A DNA stretch of 64,000 bases from Candidatus Latescibacterota bacterium (GTDB taxonomy: Bacteria > Latescibacterota > UBA2968 > UBA8231), in contig CBDETY010000003.1 of NCBI GenBank assembly GCA_965243025.1, positions 2,624,001 through 2,688,000 of the forward strand, read 5' to 3'. A model generated the notes under the pieces. That model was given only the letters and a program-made list of their open reading frames with translations. It did not search any database and was not told where the DNA came from. A program made the position numbers and the translations under genes. This document shows, piece after piece, positions 29,516 through 37,950 of the stretch (the stretch's first letter is position 1; the number at the start of each line of letters is the position of its first letter).

Positions 29516-32352
29516 TCGAGTCCGGCGTAAATGGTGAAAAAGCTCATGGTCTCCGTCTCCCCCTCCCACTCCCGGGCGAAGACGATGTCCGGATCCGTCC
29601 GGGCCAGCTCGATGAGTTCTGTCGAGAGGCGCGTGATTCGGACGCCAAGCTGAGTGGTCAGACGATAGCCGAGATACCCGGACCGGTTCGACATCTGAAC
29701 GCCAAACACGGCCGAGCGGAGATCCCCGGTTTCACCGGCCAGGCGCTGTTCGATCATGGCCTCTTCGTCCACGGTGCGTTCCGCGAAGCGGGCCAGCTCG
29801 ATCCCGGCGGCGATTTCACTGCGCCTGAGAAACGGCAAGCGGGCCATCAGCGTGAACAGGCCCTGCCAGTGGTGCCGATCGTCGTCCTCGGCTGCGAAGG
29901 CCTCCTGATACAGGAACTCGCTCTTCAGCTTCGGGTACAGACTCAATCCCGCCGCATCGAGACGGTATTCGACCTTGTTGACGAGCCCGAAGAAGGTGGT
30001 CACCTCGTCGAGCGGCCGGCCGTCGATGTCGCGGGCGCCCTTCTCCTGGTTGTAGAATTCGTGCTTGAGCTTGTTGATGATTTTCAGTCGCGGGACCCCT
30101 GCGTAATCGAAGCCGACCCAGCCCGTGTTGATCCACGTATCGGGCGCCGGCAGGATGTCCGGTACGAGGGGCTGCAGCGGCGCAGCCCTGAAGAGCGCCG
30201 ACGCCCTGCGGTCGTCGGGGATGCTGTCCGAAACCCTCCTGAGCATGTCGAAGACCCGCACCCGTCCGAGGCCGGCGTATTCCCTGTCGATGGTGAACAG
30301 GGCGTAGGTGCCCGTGTTCCGGCGCTCGTCGGAGAACATCTCCTCCTCGATTCGGCCCAGGAACAGCCGGGACTCCGGCGTCAGATGAATTCCCCCGAAG
30401 ATGTTATAGCCCCGTCGGTCTGCTTTGTACGGGTAATCGGGTAAGTCATCGTCCTCGAATCGATCGATCCAGGCATTGTTGTTCAAATCGATGCCGAAGA
30501 GAAACTCCGGGCGGTCCACATCGTGACGCAGAAACGGCTCGTCGTAGTCGGGAATCCTGTTCGGAATGGCGCCGGAATCGTTCTGGTTGAAATCAGAGAT
30601 GAAGTCCCAGTTCTCGTCCCAGCCCGGGTAGACCTGCGTATCGGTCGTACCACCGCCCGCCCTCGACCAGTCCGCCCGGCGATCGTTGTCGTCGTTGTCG
30701 TCGACGAATTCGTAGAGCACGCTGACGGGCTGATCGTACTTGAAGTCCCCCTGATTGTCGGAGACGAACGCGCTCGTCGAGTAGTCCTCGTCGATAGAGT
30801 AGAGCTCCGCGAAGGCAAAGTAAGGGTAGTCCTGCCTGGAGATCGTCAGCAGCGAGGCCTCGGCGCTGCGGGACGAGATTTCGTGCCCTTTGTTGGCGCT
30901 GAAGCGAAAGGTGTTGGGATACTGCGAATAGCGCACATTCCGATCCCACTCGCCGTAGAAGTCGAAGCCGAACAAGTCCGTGGCCTCGACCGTGAACCCA
31001 CCCACCAGGTTCGCCGTGGGCAGACCGTAGTGGAAACTCACCACCTGAACATTGGTAAGGTGCACAACGTTGCCCCGCGCCCGCTCGATGGTAAACAGAA
31101 CGGGCTCCTCCTGGTCGATGAGGGCACCGGTCAGCGGCGGCTGGGGCACGTCCTTCTCCCCGCCGGTGCCGGTCTGCCGGTTCGACCACATCTGGATCCG
31201 GTAGTCGTTGGCCAGCACGTATTCGAACTCGACCTCGATGATGTTGCTGGCGTCGATCCGGGTGCCGTCTTCTCGCAGAAGTTGGAAGGCGGGATCGGTG
31301 AAGTCGTAGTTCAGGACTATGCGCTCGGCGCCGTCGGCGGCGAGATAGCCCTCCCGGTCGAACCCCCCGACCACGGCCGGCCACTCCGTTCCCGGCCGCA
31401 CCACCTCGGCGAGGGTGTGAACCGTCTCCTGCCCCGTGTCGAAGTCCTTGACGGTGATCTGTACGTCGTGGCCAAACAGAGCCGCGCCACCCTCCCCATC
31501 CTCGGGACTGTCATCGCTCAGGACGATGGCGATCGCCGTCACCGGCGTCCCGCTCTGACCGAGCGTGAGGCTGCCGGCAATCGGGTCGCCCCTCTCGAGG
31601 GCGGTGTTGCCGTTGCGGGCATCGACCAGGGTGCCGCCCAGGGTGATGTGATCTCCGACCTGGACCGTGGCCCTGCCGCCCACGAGGCTCGTGATGTTTC
31701 GCCGTCTCAGAGGCGAGGTCGTGGCAAAAGGGGCCGGGTCGCTGATGCGCGAGGCCAGAATCGTCGCCGCATACCGGTCCGACGCGAAATCGATCTGGAC
31801 CCCGTTGAAATCCGGTTTCGAGAAGGTCATGGGCGTGAGTGTGGTGCGCAGCTGGGTGCCCACCGTGACGGCATAGCCGTACTGCCCTTGCGAATCGCCG
31901 CTCACCGTGAGGTTGGTAAAGAAGCTGCCGAAATTCCTGCCCTTGAAAATACCGCTGCCATCTGAGGAGGGCCGTTGCTGCCGCCAGTCGTAGATCAGCC
32001 AACCGAAGCCGATGTAGTCACCGTAGAAATCGTAAAAGTAGTCGCCGTTGATCCTGGTATCGACGTAGCGCTGATAGTACTGGCGGGCGTAGTTCGAGTA
32101 TTCCGATTGCCGCCACCGGTAGTCGTTGTACAGCTCCTGTGGCACGTACCATCGCCGCGCGACAGGATCGAGGGCGCCGAACAGGACGCCCCGCCCTTTT
32201 GGCTCGAAGGAGATGGCGCCCCCCTCCTGCACGCCGAGCCGGGCGCCGTACTGCTGGGCGTCGAGATCCGGGGCGTTCGCCAAGGCCGTCAGGCCCAGGA
32301 ACAGGGCCGCGAAAACCGCTCTGCCAGCAGGCGGTTCGTCAATACGCGACAC
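29512..32352 (-). CDS. ~945-aa secreted putative beta-barrel-like protein (barrel paralog 1)
   Basis: Probable GTG start overlapping the upstream gene end; signal peptide; same motifs; ends FFTIYAGLE. Confidence 0.8.
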   Translation of the reverse strand: MSRIDEPPAGRAVFAALFLGLTALANAPDLDAQQYGARLGVQEGGAISFEPKGRGVLFGALDPVARRWYVPQELYNDYRWRQSEYSNYARQYYQRYVDTRINGDYFYDFYGDYIGFGWLIYDWRQQRPSSDGSGIFKGRNFGSFFTNLTVSGDSQGQYGYAVTVGTQLRTTLTPMTFSKPDFNGVQIDFASDRYAATILASRISDPAPFATTSPLRRRNITSLVGGRATVQVGDHITLGGTLVDARNGNTALERGDPIAGSLTLGQSGTPVTAIAIVLSDDSPEDGEGGAALFGHDVQITVKDFDTGQETVHTLAEVVRPGTEWPAVVGGFDREGYLAADGAERIVLNYDFTDPAFQLLREDGTRIDASNIIEVEFEYVLANDYRIQMWSNRQTGTGGEKDVPQPPLTGALIDQEEPVLFTIERARGNVVHLTNVQVVSFHYGLPTANLVGGFTVEATDLFGFDFYGEWDRNVRYSQYPNTFRFSANKGHEISSRSAEASLLTISRQDYPYFAFAELYSIDEDYSTSAFVSDNQGDFKYDQPVSVLYEFVDDNDDNDRRADWSRAGGGTTDTQVYPGWDENWDFISDFNQNDSGAIPNRIPDYDEPFLRHDVDRPEFLFGIDLNNNAWIDRFEDDDLPDYPYKADRRGYNIFGGIHLTPESRLFLGRIEEEMFSDERRNTGTYALFTIDREYAGLGRVRVFDMLRRVSDSIPDDRRASALFRAAPLQPLVPDILPAPDTWINTGWVGFDYAGVPRLKIINKLKHEFYNQEKGARDIDGRPLDEVTTFFGLVNKVEYRLDAAGLSLYPKLKSEFLYQEAFAAEDDDRHHWQGLFTLMARLPFLRRSEIAAGIELARFAERTVDEEAMIEQRLAGETGDLRSAVFGVQMSNRSGYLGYRLTTQLGVRITRLSTELIELARTDPDIVFAREWEGETETMSFFTIYAGLE

Positions 32353-34570
32353 CGACGACCCCCGCGCTTTGCGCGTCAGCCGAGCCGGGAACATTCATTG
32401 AGACGGCGTACACATAGTTGCCGGGTGGGACGAGCTCGCCGGCCTGGTTCCGTCCGTCCCATGTGTGTCGGTAGCGGCCGCTGCGGCGTCCCTGCGTTTG
32501 CGAGCTGACCAGGCGACCCGAGAGGTCGAAAATCCGCACCTCTACTGCGAGCGCCGGCGCGACGTTCGTCACGTCGTACTGTATGGTCACCGTGTCGTTG
32601 ATGCCGTCCTGGTTCGGCGTGAAGACGCCGATGTCCGTGCCGACATTGACGAGCAACTGGTCGACGACCTGCACGTCCACGAAGAGGTTCCTCTCCTTGA
32701 GCGTTCCGACAGGCCCGGTCACGACGTCGTCGGGATCCACCAGCTGTCCACGGCTCAGATCGGTTGCATTCCCCGCTATCACCGGATGCGCGAACAGCCT
32801 GTCGGCGCTGTTCCGCGCCCCGCCGCTGAACCGCGTTCCCACTCGCAGGACGGCGCTGCTGAAGTCGATTTTCAAGAGAGTGCTGTCCCGCTGCACCTGG
32901 GGGAAGGAGATGACGAACCCGTCTTGCCGCGATACTTCGATGCCGAACTGCCCCTGTGTCACCGGTGGATTCGCCAGCGACTGCCCGGTGAAGTCGGCGA
33001 AGGTGACATTTCCATCCGGCTCTGAGATCTCGACCCGGCCGACGCTCTCAGTCCTCACCGGCGTCCTGACCTCGAAGCGGTCGAACCCGGCATCCCGCCC
33101 GTCAGATCTGTAGAGGACGGCGTAGGTGAACTCCGTCTCCCGGCCGACCTCGGCTTGGCGCGGGAAGATTTCGGCTATGAGTGATTGGGCGAAGGCGGGT
33201 TTCGTCACGTCCACGGCAAGGGCCCCGGTCCCGGTGGCGGCGTTGAAGCTGTCGTTGAAGAATTGGATCATGAACTGGAAGTACCGTCGCGGCGTCGGTG
33301 AGGCAACCGGCGTTCCGGCCAGGGGATCCGCGAGCCGGCCTTCGTCCACGACGCCATCCAGAGGATAGGGCGCCGACCACGAGCTCCAGTTCGTCAGATC
33401 GTCCCGGATGACGGACCTCTCGTCGGCGTCGAGGTCGAAATAGTCTTCCTCGTCGAGGGCGAGGCGCAGCCGGTCCTCCAGCGGCAAACTGGTGAAGTCC
33501 AGCAACACCTCGCGCCCGTCGCGGGATTCGTGATCCAGAAGCGTTTCCACCACCGACTTCAGGTCCGCGTCCTCCACGTCCTCGGCCTTCTTCCACAGGG
33601 CATCGATGGGCACATCGGTGATGAGGGCGCCCGATCGGAGCTGGCGGCCCGAGGATTGCACGCCGATGCGGGTGTACTCAACCGGTTCGGGATCGATTCC
33701 CGTCCGGGTGCGGATCAGAGCCCGAGACCTGGCCTCGTCGCCGATTTTTTCCCGGACCCAGCGCAGGTTTCCGAGGATCGCCGGTTCACCGAAGTCGAAG
33801 ATGTCCGAAAGATACAGGGCCTGTGGCGCAAACCCCTCGCTGAACACCTCGAACTCGGCGATCTCGAAGGTGGGCAGGGCCGTGGATCGGAAGCGGATAT
33901 GGCGTACGAATCTCGTGTCGAAGCGGATGTCGACATCGACCTCCTCATTCTGCCCTTCTTCTGCCACTTCGTCCCAGATCAGACTGTTAGCCCGTACGGC
34001 CTCCGGAGACCCATCGTTGAGGAACAGCTGGTAGCCCTTGGTGAAGTCGCGCCTGAAGGCGGCGCGCGGAGAGAACCGGATGCGGTTGACGGCGAACACC
34101 GAACCGAGGTCGAAATTGAGGATCAGACCCTTGGCACCCGATGCTCCGAAACGCTCCGCCGCGACGACGAGGGCCGTATTGGCATCGCCGTCGTGCATGT
34201 TCCTGAAGTCGGGTTCGAGAATCTCGAAGGACGGGATCGGTGTTTTCACGCTCCCGCCCCTGGACGCCGACGTGAAACCGATGAGGATGTTCTCATTCGT
34301 GTCCGCCTCCGAGGGAAAAATCCAGGTCTCTTTCCCCTCGCGCTCGAAGTCCACGACGCCACCAGGAGTGTTCGTGTGCTCGATCGCCTGGTCAGACACG
34401 ATCACGGTGGCCGCGACCTGGCCACCGCCGTCGCGCCACGGAAGGCCGTCGACCCCACCCATGACCAGGAGCTCCGTGGCCGCCGTGGCGGCCGAAATCG
34501 AGGCGGCCAGAAACGTCGCAACCAGACCGGCACGCACGTTGACTATCGCTGTCAGCAGAGGATTACACAT
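32339..34570 (-). CDS. Secreted protein with C-terminal TPNQDG/FlgD-Ig domain (substrate paralog 1)
   Basis: Signal peptide ending ATA; MHDGD, FDLG; FTPNQDGIND...IFDLSGR...WDGRN..LVPPGNY; ends VAY. Confidence 0.85.
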   Translation of the reverse strand: MCNPLLTAIVNVRAGLVATFLAASISAATAATELLVMGGVDGLPWRDGGGQVAATVIVSDQAIEHTNTPGGVVDFEREGKETWIFPSEADTNENILIGFTSASRGGSVKTPIPSFEILEPDFRNMHDGDANTALVVAAERFGASGAKGLILNFDLGSVFAVNRIRFSPRAAFRRDFTKGYQLFLNDGSPEAVRANSLIWDEVAEEGQNEEVDVDIRFDTRFVRHIRFRSTALPTFEIAEFEVFSEGFAPQALYLSDIFDFGEPAILGNLRWVREKIGDEARSRALIRTRTGIDPEPVEYTRIGVQSSGRQLRSGALITDVPIDALWKKAEDVEDADLKSVVETLLDHESRDGREVLLDFTSLPLEDRLRLALDEEDYFDLDADERSVIRDDLTNWSSWSAPYPLDGVVDEGRLADPLAGTPVASPTPRRYFQFMIQFFNDSFNAATGTGALAVDVTKPAFAQSLIAEIFPRQAEVGRETEFTYAVLYRSDGRDAGFDRFEVRTPVRTESVGRVEISEPDGNVTFADFTGQSLANPPVTQGQFGIEVSRQDGFVISFPQVQRDSTLLKIDFSSAVLRVGTRFSGGARNSADRLFAHPVIAGNATDLSRGQLVDPDDVVTGPVGTLKERNLFVDVQVVDQLLVNVGTDIGVFTPNQDGINDTVTIQYDVTNVAPALAVEVRIFDLSGRLVSSQTQGRRSGRYRHTWDGRNQAGELVPPGNYVYAVSMNVPGSADAQSAGVVGVAY
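34391..34477 (-). repeat. Inverted repeat arm A (87 bp, start of mature region of 32339-34570)
   Basis: Reverse complement matches 37211-37297 at 80/87 positions by manual alignment. Confidence 0.9.
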
Positions 34571-34688
34571 CGACGCAGGATTCCTCTATACCAGAAAAAG
34601 GGGAGCTCGATCCCCGTTCCTAAGAGGTAAGGTCGATTAAAGACGGCAACGTATTACTATCCGAGGCGTCGATCAAGCGGACGGCCCC

Positions 34689-36188
34689 TCAGTTCCCCCG
34701 CTGTGTCAGCTCCCTGGCCCTTTCTTTGATTCGCTCGCTGTCGTCGGGCCGGCCCAGGGTGCCGTACACATCGCTGAGGTAGAGGTGAGCCACGGCGTTC
34801 TCCGGTTGCAGCTCCGTAACCCGCTCATAGGCTGCCGCGGCGCTGTCGAACCGGGCCAGCCTCACGTACGAGGCGCCGAGATTCAGATGAGCCCGGGCGT
34901 AGGTCGGGCGCAGCTCGATGGCGCGCCGCAGCAAGCCGATGGATCCTCGAAAATCGCCTCTGCGAAAGTGGATGTCAGCACGATTCAAGAAAGCCTCGGG
35001 AAGGCTCGTGTCGAGACGGGACGCCTCCTCGAAAGCCCTCAGCGCCTCGGGAAGTCGATCCAGCTCGCGGTAGGCCCATCCGAGTCGCATCTGCGCGATG
35101 GGGTCCTCCCCATCCAGCTCGACGGCTCGCTGCAGGGGAACGACGGCTTCGTCCGCCCTGCCGCTTTCGAGGAGCGCCATGCCCAGCGCCGATTGAGGGT
35201 CCTTGCGGTCGCGATCGATCTCGGCGGATTGGCGGAGTTCGGGGATGGCCTTATCGAGCCGTCCCGCCATCATGTGGACCAGGCCCATGTGGTAGTGATC
35301 CTTCGCCGAGCCGAGTGAAACGGCTCCGTACCTCGGCGGCGTAACCTCTGCGTGGAGTCTGCCGAGCAGCTGGCGCATGCGCTTGGCTCTTTCCACAAGG
35401 CGCCGCCCTTTCTCCTGGTGGCCTTGCCGCATGTACATAGTGCCCAGAGTATATTGGATTTTGTGATCGATGGGATTGAGTTCAGCCGCTCTTTCGAGGC
35501 TGGCGACCGCTTTGTCGAAATCGCGGATGTCGCCGTAGGCCATTCCGAGGTTGAAGTAGGACTCCGCATCGTCGGGAGCGTAATGCACGGCTTTTTCGAG
35601 AGGGGATATCGCTTCCTGCCGAAGACCCTGATTCCGGTAGATGAGGCCGAGTTTCTTGTGGGCGGGGGCGACAGTGGAGTCCGCTCTCAGGGCAGAGATA
35701 AAGGCCTCGGTGGCCAGTCGAGTGCTGTCCAGGTAGTCGTACATGATGCCGAGGTTGTAGTAGGGACCGGGCCTCAGTGAATCGAGGGCAATCGCTCTTT
35801 GAAAAGCCGCGATGGCGTCTTCGCCGTGGCGCTGCCAGGTCTCGGTGTACGGTTTCGAAGTGAACCGCGCAGTGTGGATGATCCCGAGAAGCTCGAAGAA
35901 CCTGGCGTCGTCGGGTGCGAGTGCCATGGCCGCCTCGATCTGGCGCTCGGCCTCCTGGTGCCGACCAAGAGACAGATAGGACTTGGCGAGATAGAGGTGG
36001 CCTTCCCGGTCATCGGGTCGATCCCTGGCGAGCCTCTCGAGGACGTCGATCGCCGAGGCGTGCTCCCCTTTCCAGTAATGACCCTTTCCCTGCTCCAACA
36101 GCCGATTCATCTCGGCGTCGTTCTCCCCGCAGCCACCGAGGAGAGCGCCGGAGACGAGGAGGACAAGTCCGAGCGGGATGGCGCACAT
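34689..36188 (-). CDS. Tetratricopeptide repeat lipoprotein
   Basis: Lipobox LLGGC; numerous TPRs (YFNLG.A, AHLNLG, AHKKLG). Confidence 0.88.
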   Translation of the reverse strand: MCAIPLGLVLLVSGALLGGCGENDAEMNRLLEQGKGHYWKGEHASAIDVLERLARDRPDDREGHLYLAKSYLSLGRHQEAERQIEAAMALAPDDARFFELLGIIHTARFTSKPYTETWQRHGEDAIAAFQRAIALDSLRPGPYYNLGIMYDYLDSTRLATEAFISALRADSTVAPAHKKLGLIYRNQGLRQEAISPLEKAVHYAPDDAESYFNLGMAYGDIRDFDKAVASLERAAELNPIDHKIQYTLGTMYMRQGHQEKGRRLVERAKRMRQLLGRLHAEVTPPRYGAVSLGSAKDHYHMGLVHMMAGRLDKAIPELRQSAEIDRDRKDPQSALGMALLESGRADEAVVPLQRAVELDGEDPIAQMRLGWAYRELDRLPEALRAFEEASRLDTSLPEAFLNRADIHFRRGDFRGSIGLLRRAIELRPTYARAHLNLGASYVRLARFDSAAAAYERVTELQPENAVAHLYLSDVYGTLGRPDDSERIKERARELTQRGN

Positions 36189-36225
36189 AAAAACAGGGGG
36201 AGGCTTGATCAGCCCCCCCCTGTTT
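36189..36225 (-). terminator. Intrinsic terminator-like hairpin
   Basis: Minus strand AAACAGGGGGGGGCT-GATCA-AGCCTCCCCCTGTTTTT, followed immediately by the TPR gene ATG. Confidence 0.75.
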
Positions 36226-36247
36226 CTGGTGTTCGTTGGAAGCCGTT

Positions 36248-37180
36248 CTACCTGGCCACTGAAGCCTTTATCCGGCCCCAGCTGTCCTCCTCGACCGCGG
36301 AGGGGAAGTCATCAGCGACCTCCATGAGCTGAAAATCGGCCCAGAAATCGGCGTCGCCGAACGCGGCGCCTTGCGCCGAGAGCACCCACCTGCTTGCCGT
36401 TCCGGGAGGCACATCCTCAGTGTCGTCATTCTCTTCGTTGTGATCAAAATCCTTGAGGCGGGGGTGCGCGCCGATGATCTCACCGGCCTCGAAGTCGTGC
36501 AGGGGCGCGTCGGGATCCGCCCAGTTGAAGTCGTCCCAGAAGACCTGGTACCACTCGACGTTCTTCCTGGTCGGCGCGAGGCTGCAGGGCTCTCCCTCGG
36601 TATACTCGAACGCGTGGTCGGTATATCTCGGGGCGTCGTACCAGTCCGCATTGGTCATCCAGAACCAAGTCCAGCCAAAGACCCCCCGATGGGTAGTACC
36701 ACAACCCCCGCTGAAGGACCAGTGGAAGGGTTGGGCGTGGCGGCCCCGCTCGCGATTATTCTCCTCGTCCGTCCCGTCGAACCACATGCTGCCCCCCGAG
36801 TGGTCGGCGTCGAGACCGAACTCGAAATTGTCGTGGGGGGTGGAAGTCTCATAGTCGTCGTATTCTTCGTAGGCGAAGTAGATGCGGTTCGTCTCGTCGT
36901 TCCAGCTCATGAGGAAACGCATGTCCCAGCTCGCAGGATCGGCCGTCTCGCCCTGGGCGACCCTGGCCTCCGCCTGGTCGTAGTTCTGAATGAGGTCCTC
37001 TGGCAGGAGCCAGAACTCCCTCGGGACGATGTCGTACTCCGACATGTCCGCATCGAGTACCGGCACGGCGCCAGCCGGCCACTGCCAGACCGGAGCCAGA
37101 AATTCCGGTGGATCGTGGGCTATGGTCGCGGAGTTGAAGGCGAAAAGGCCCGCTGCTGCGAGCAGGATCGGCTTTCTCAT
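36248..37180 (-). CDS. Secreted acidic CBM9/DOMON-like protein with C-terminal AVEEDSWGRIK motif
   Basis: AGGAGG RBS; signal peptide MRKPILL...TIA; PVLDADMSEY, SWNDETNRIYF, LDADHSGG; fold is inferred. Confidence 0.8.
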   Translation of the reverse strand: MRKPILLAAAGLFAFNSATIAHDPPEFLAPVWQWPAGAVPVLDADMSEYDIVPREFWLLPEDLIQNYDQAEARVAQGETADPASWDMRFLMSWNDETNRIYFAYEEYDDYETSTPHDNFEFGLDADHSGGSMWFDGTDEENNRERGRHAQPFHWSFSGGCGTTHRGVFGWTWFWMTNADWYDAPRYTDHAFEYTEGEPCSLAPTRKNVEWYQVFWDDFNWADPDAPLHDFEAGEIIGAHPRLKDFDHNEENDDTEDVPPGTASRWVLSAQGAAFGDADFWADFQLMEVADDFPSAVEEDSWGRIKASVAR

Positions 37181-37210
37181 AAGAGTTCCTCCTGTCTGAG
37201 AGGTTAGTAT

Positions 37211-37297
37211 ACGGAGCTTCTGGTCATGGGTGGAGTCGACGGCCTTCCGTGGCGCGACGGCGGTGGCCGGATCGCGGCCCCCATGATCGTGTCGGAC
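37211..37297 (+). repeat. Inverted repeat arm B (orphan copy of substrate paralog 1 5' region)
   Basis: Encodes ELLVMGGVDGLPWRDGGG.. as in 32339-34570 but in the opposite orientation. Confidence 0.9.
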
Positions 37298-37450
37298 GCG
37301 GAATTGTGGGATAGGGTACCACAATCGGACACTTCGAGCAAGCAAAATCTTCCGCCTCCGCCGCCCCGGGGGGGCTACGGCGTAACATATTGGAAAACAT
37401 TCCCTTAATCGGTGCAGGCCCCGGGTGGGAGACTCGGGCTCCTTATCGGT

Positions 37451-37744
37451 CTATCCGCTGTACGCTGCAGTGGTGCAGGGCTTCGAGTGAGTGGCAGCTG
37501 CCGTTTGCCAGAGACCTGCCTGTCCCCAGTTTCCGGCGCGTAAAGACCCGGCCCTGCAGCGCAGCACCGCGGCGGTTCGGACAGTCCTCGATCTTTTCTG
37601 CAGCTCCCCGGCCAAGGACGCCGCCGACCGCACTGCCCCCCACCTGCATTCTCCGATATCGGTGCTGCCGTCCTGCCTGAAGCCGACCACGTCGACTTGC
37701 GTGACCTTGTCCCGGTACTCCCCGATTTCGCAGGCGGCATTCAC
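37451..37744 (-). pseudogene. C-terminal fragment of a DUF234/PD-(D/E)XK-containing AAA ATPase
   Basis: EIGEYRDKVTQVDVVG...DIGECRWG resembles the degenerate G.YW...IDVV...GECKW motif; no N-terminal ATPase part. Confidence 0.55.
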
Positions 37745-37746
37745 AC

Positions 37747-37950
37747 CTTCGCGTTCGAAGCGTCGTCTGGAGTCTCTGAACTTTTCCCGGAGCTGTCAGG
37801 CTTTCGCCAGTCCCCATGTCCTGTCCTCCGCTGCTCTCGAACCAAGGCCCCTTCCCTCCACCGGCATTACCCGGCTTCCTCGGTACTACGGTGCCTCTCC
37901 GCAACAGGGGTAGGCTGGCAGGCCCCGCGCGGAACAGGGCAATTCCGTGA
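37747..37950 (-). mobile_element. Degenerate group II intron remnant (pre-ORF RNA segment plus start of RT/maturase ORF)
   Basis: GTAGTACCGAGGAAGCCGGGTAATGCCGGTGGAGGGAAGGGGCCTTGGTTC resembles domain II/III-region sequence; followed by MGTGESLTAPGKVQRLQTTL, like LtrA N-termini; no RT core or domain V. Confidence 0.7.

Noticed and set aside
34391-37950. Diversity-generating retroelement (repeat pair near an RT remnant)
   Set aside because: Only 3 of 7 mismatches are at adenines of the orphan copy, the target is N-terminal, and the RT piece is a ~20-codon group II intron stump
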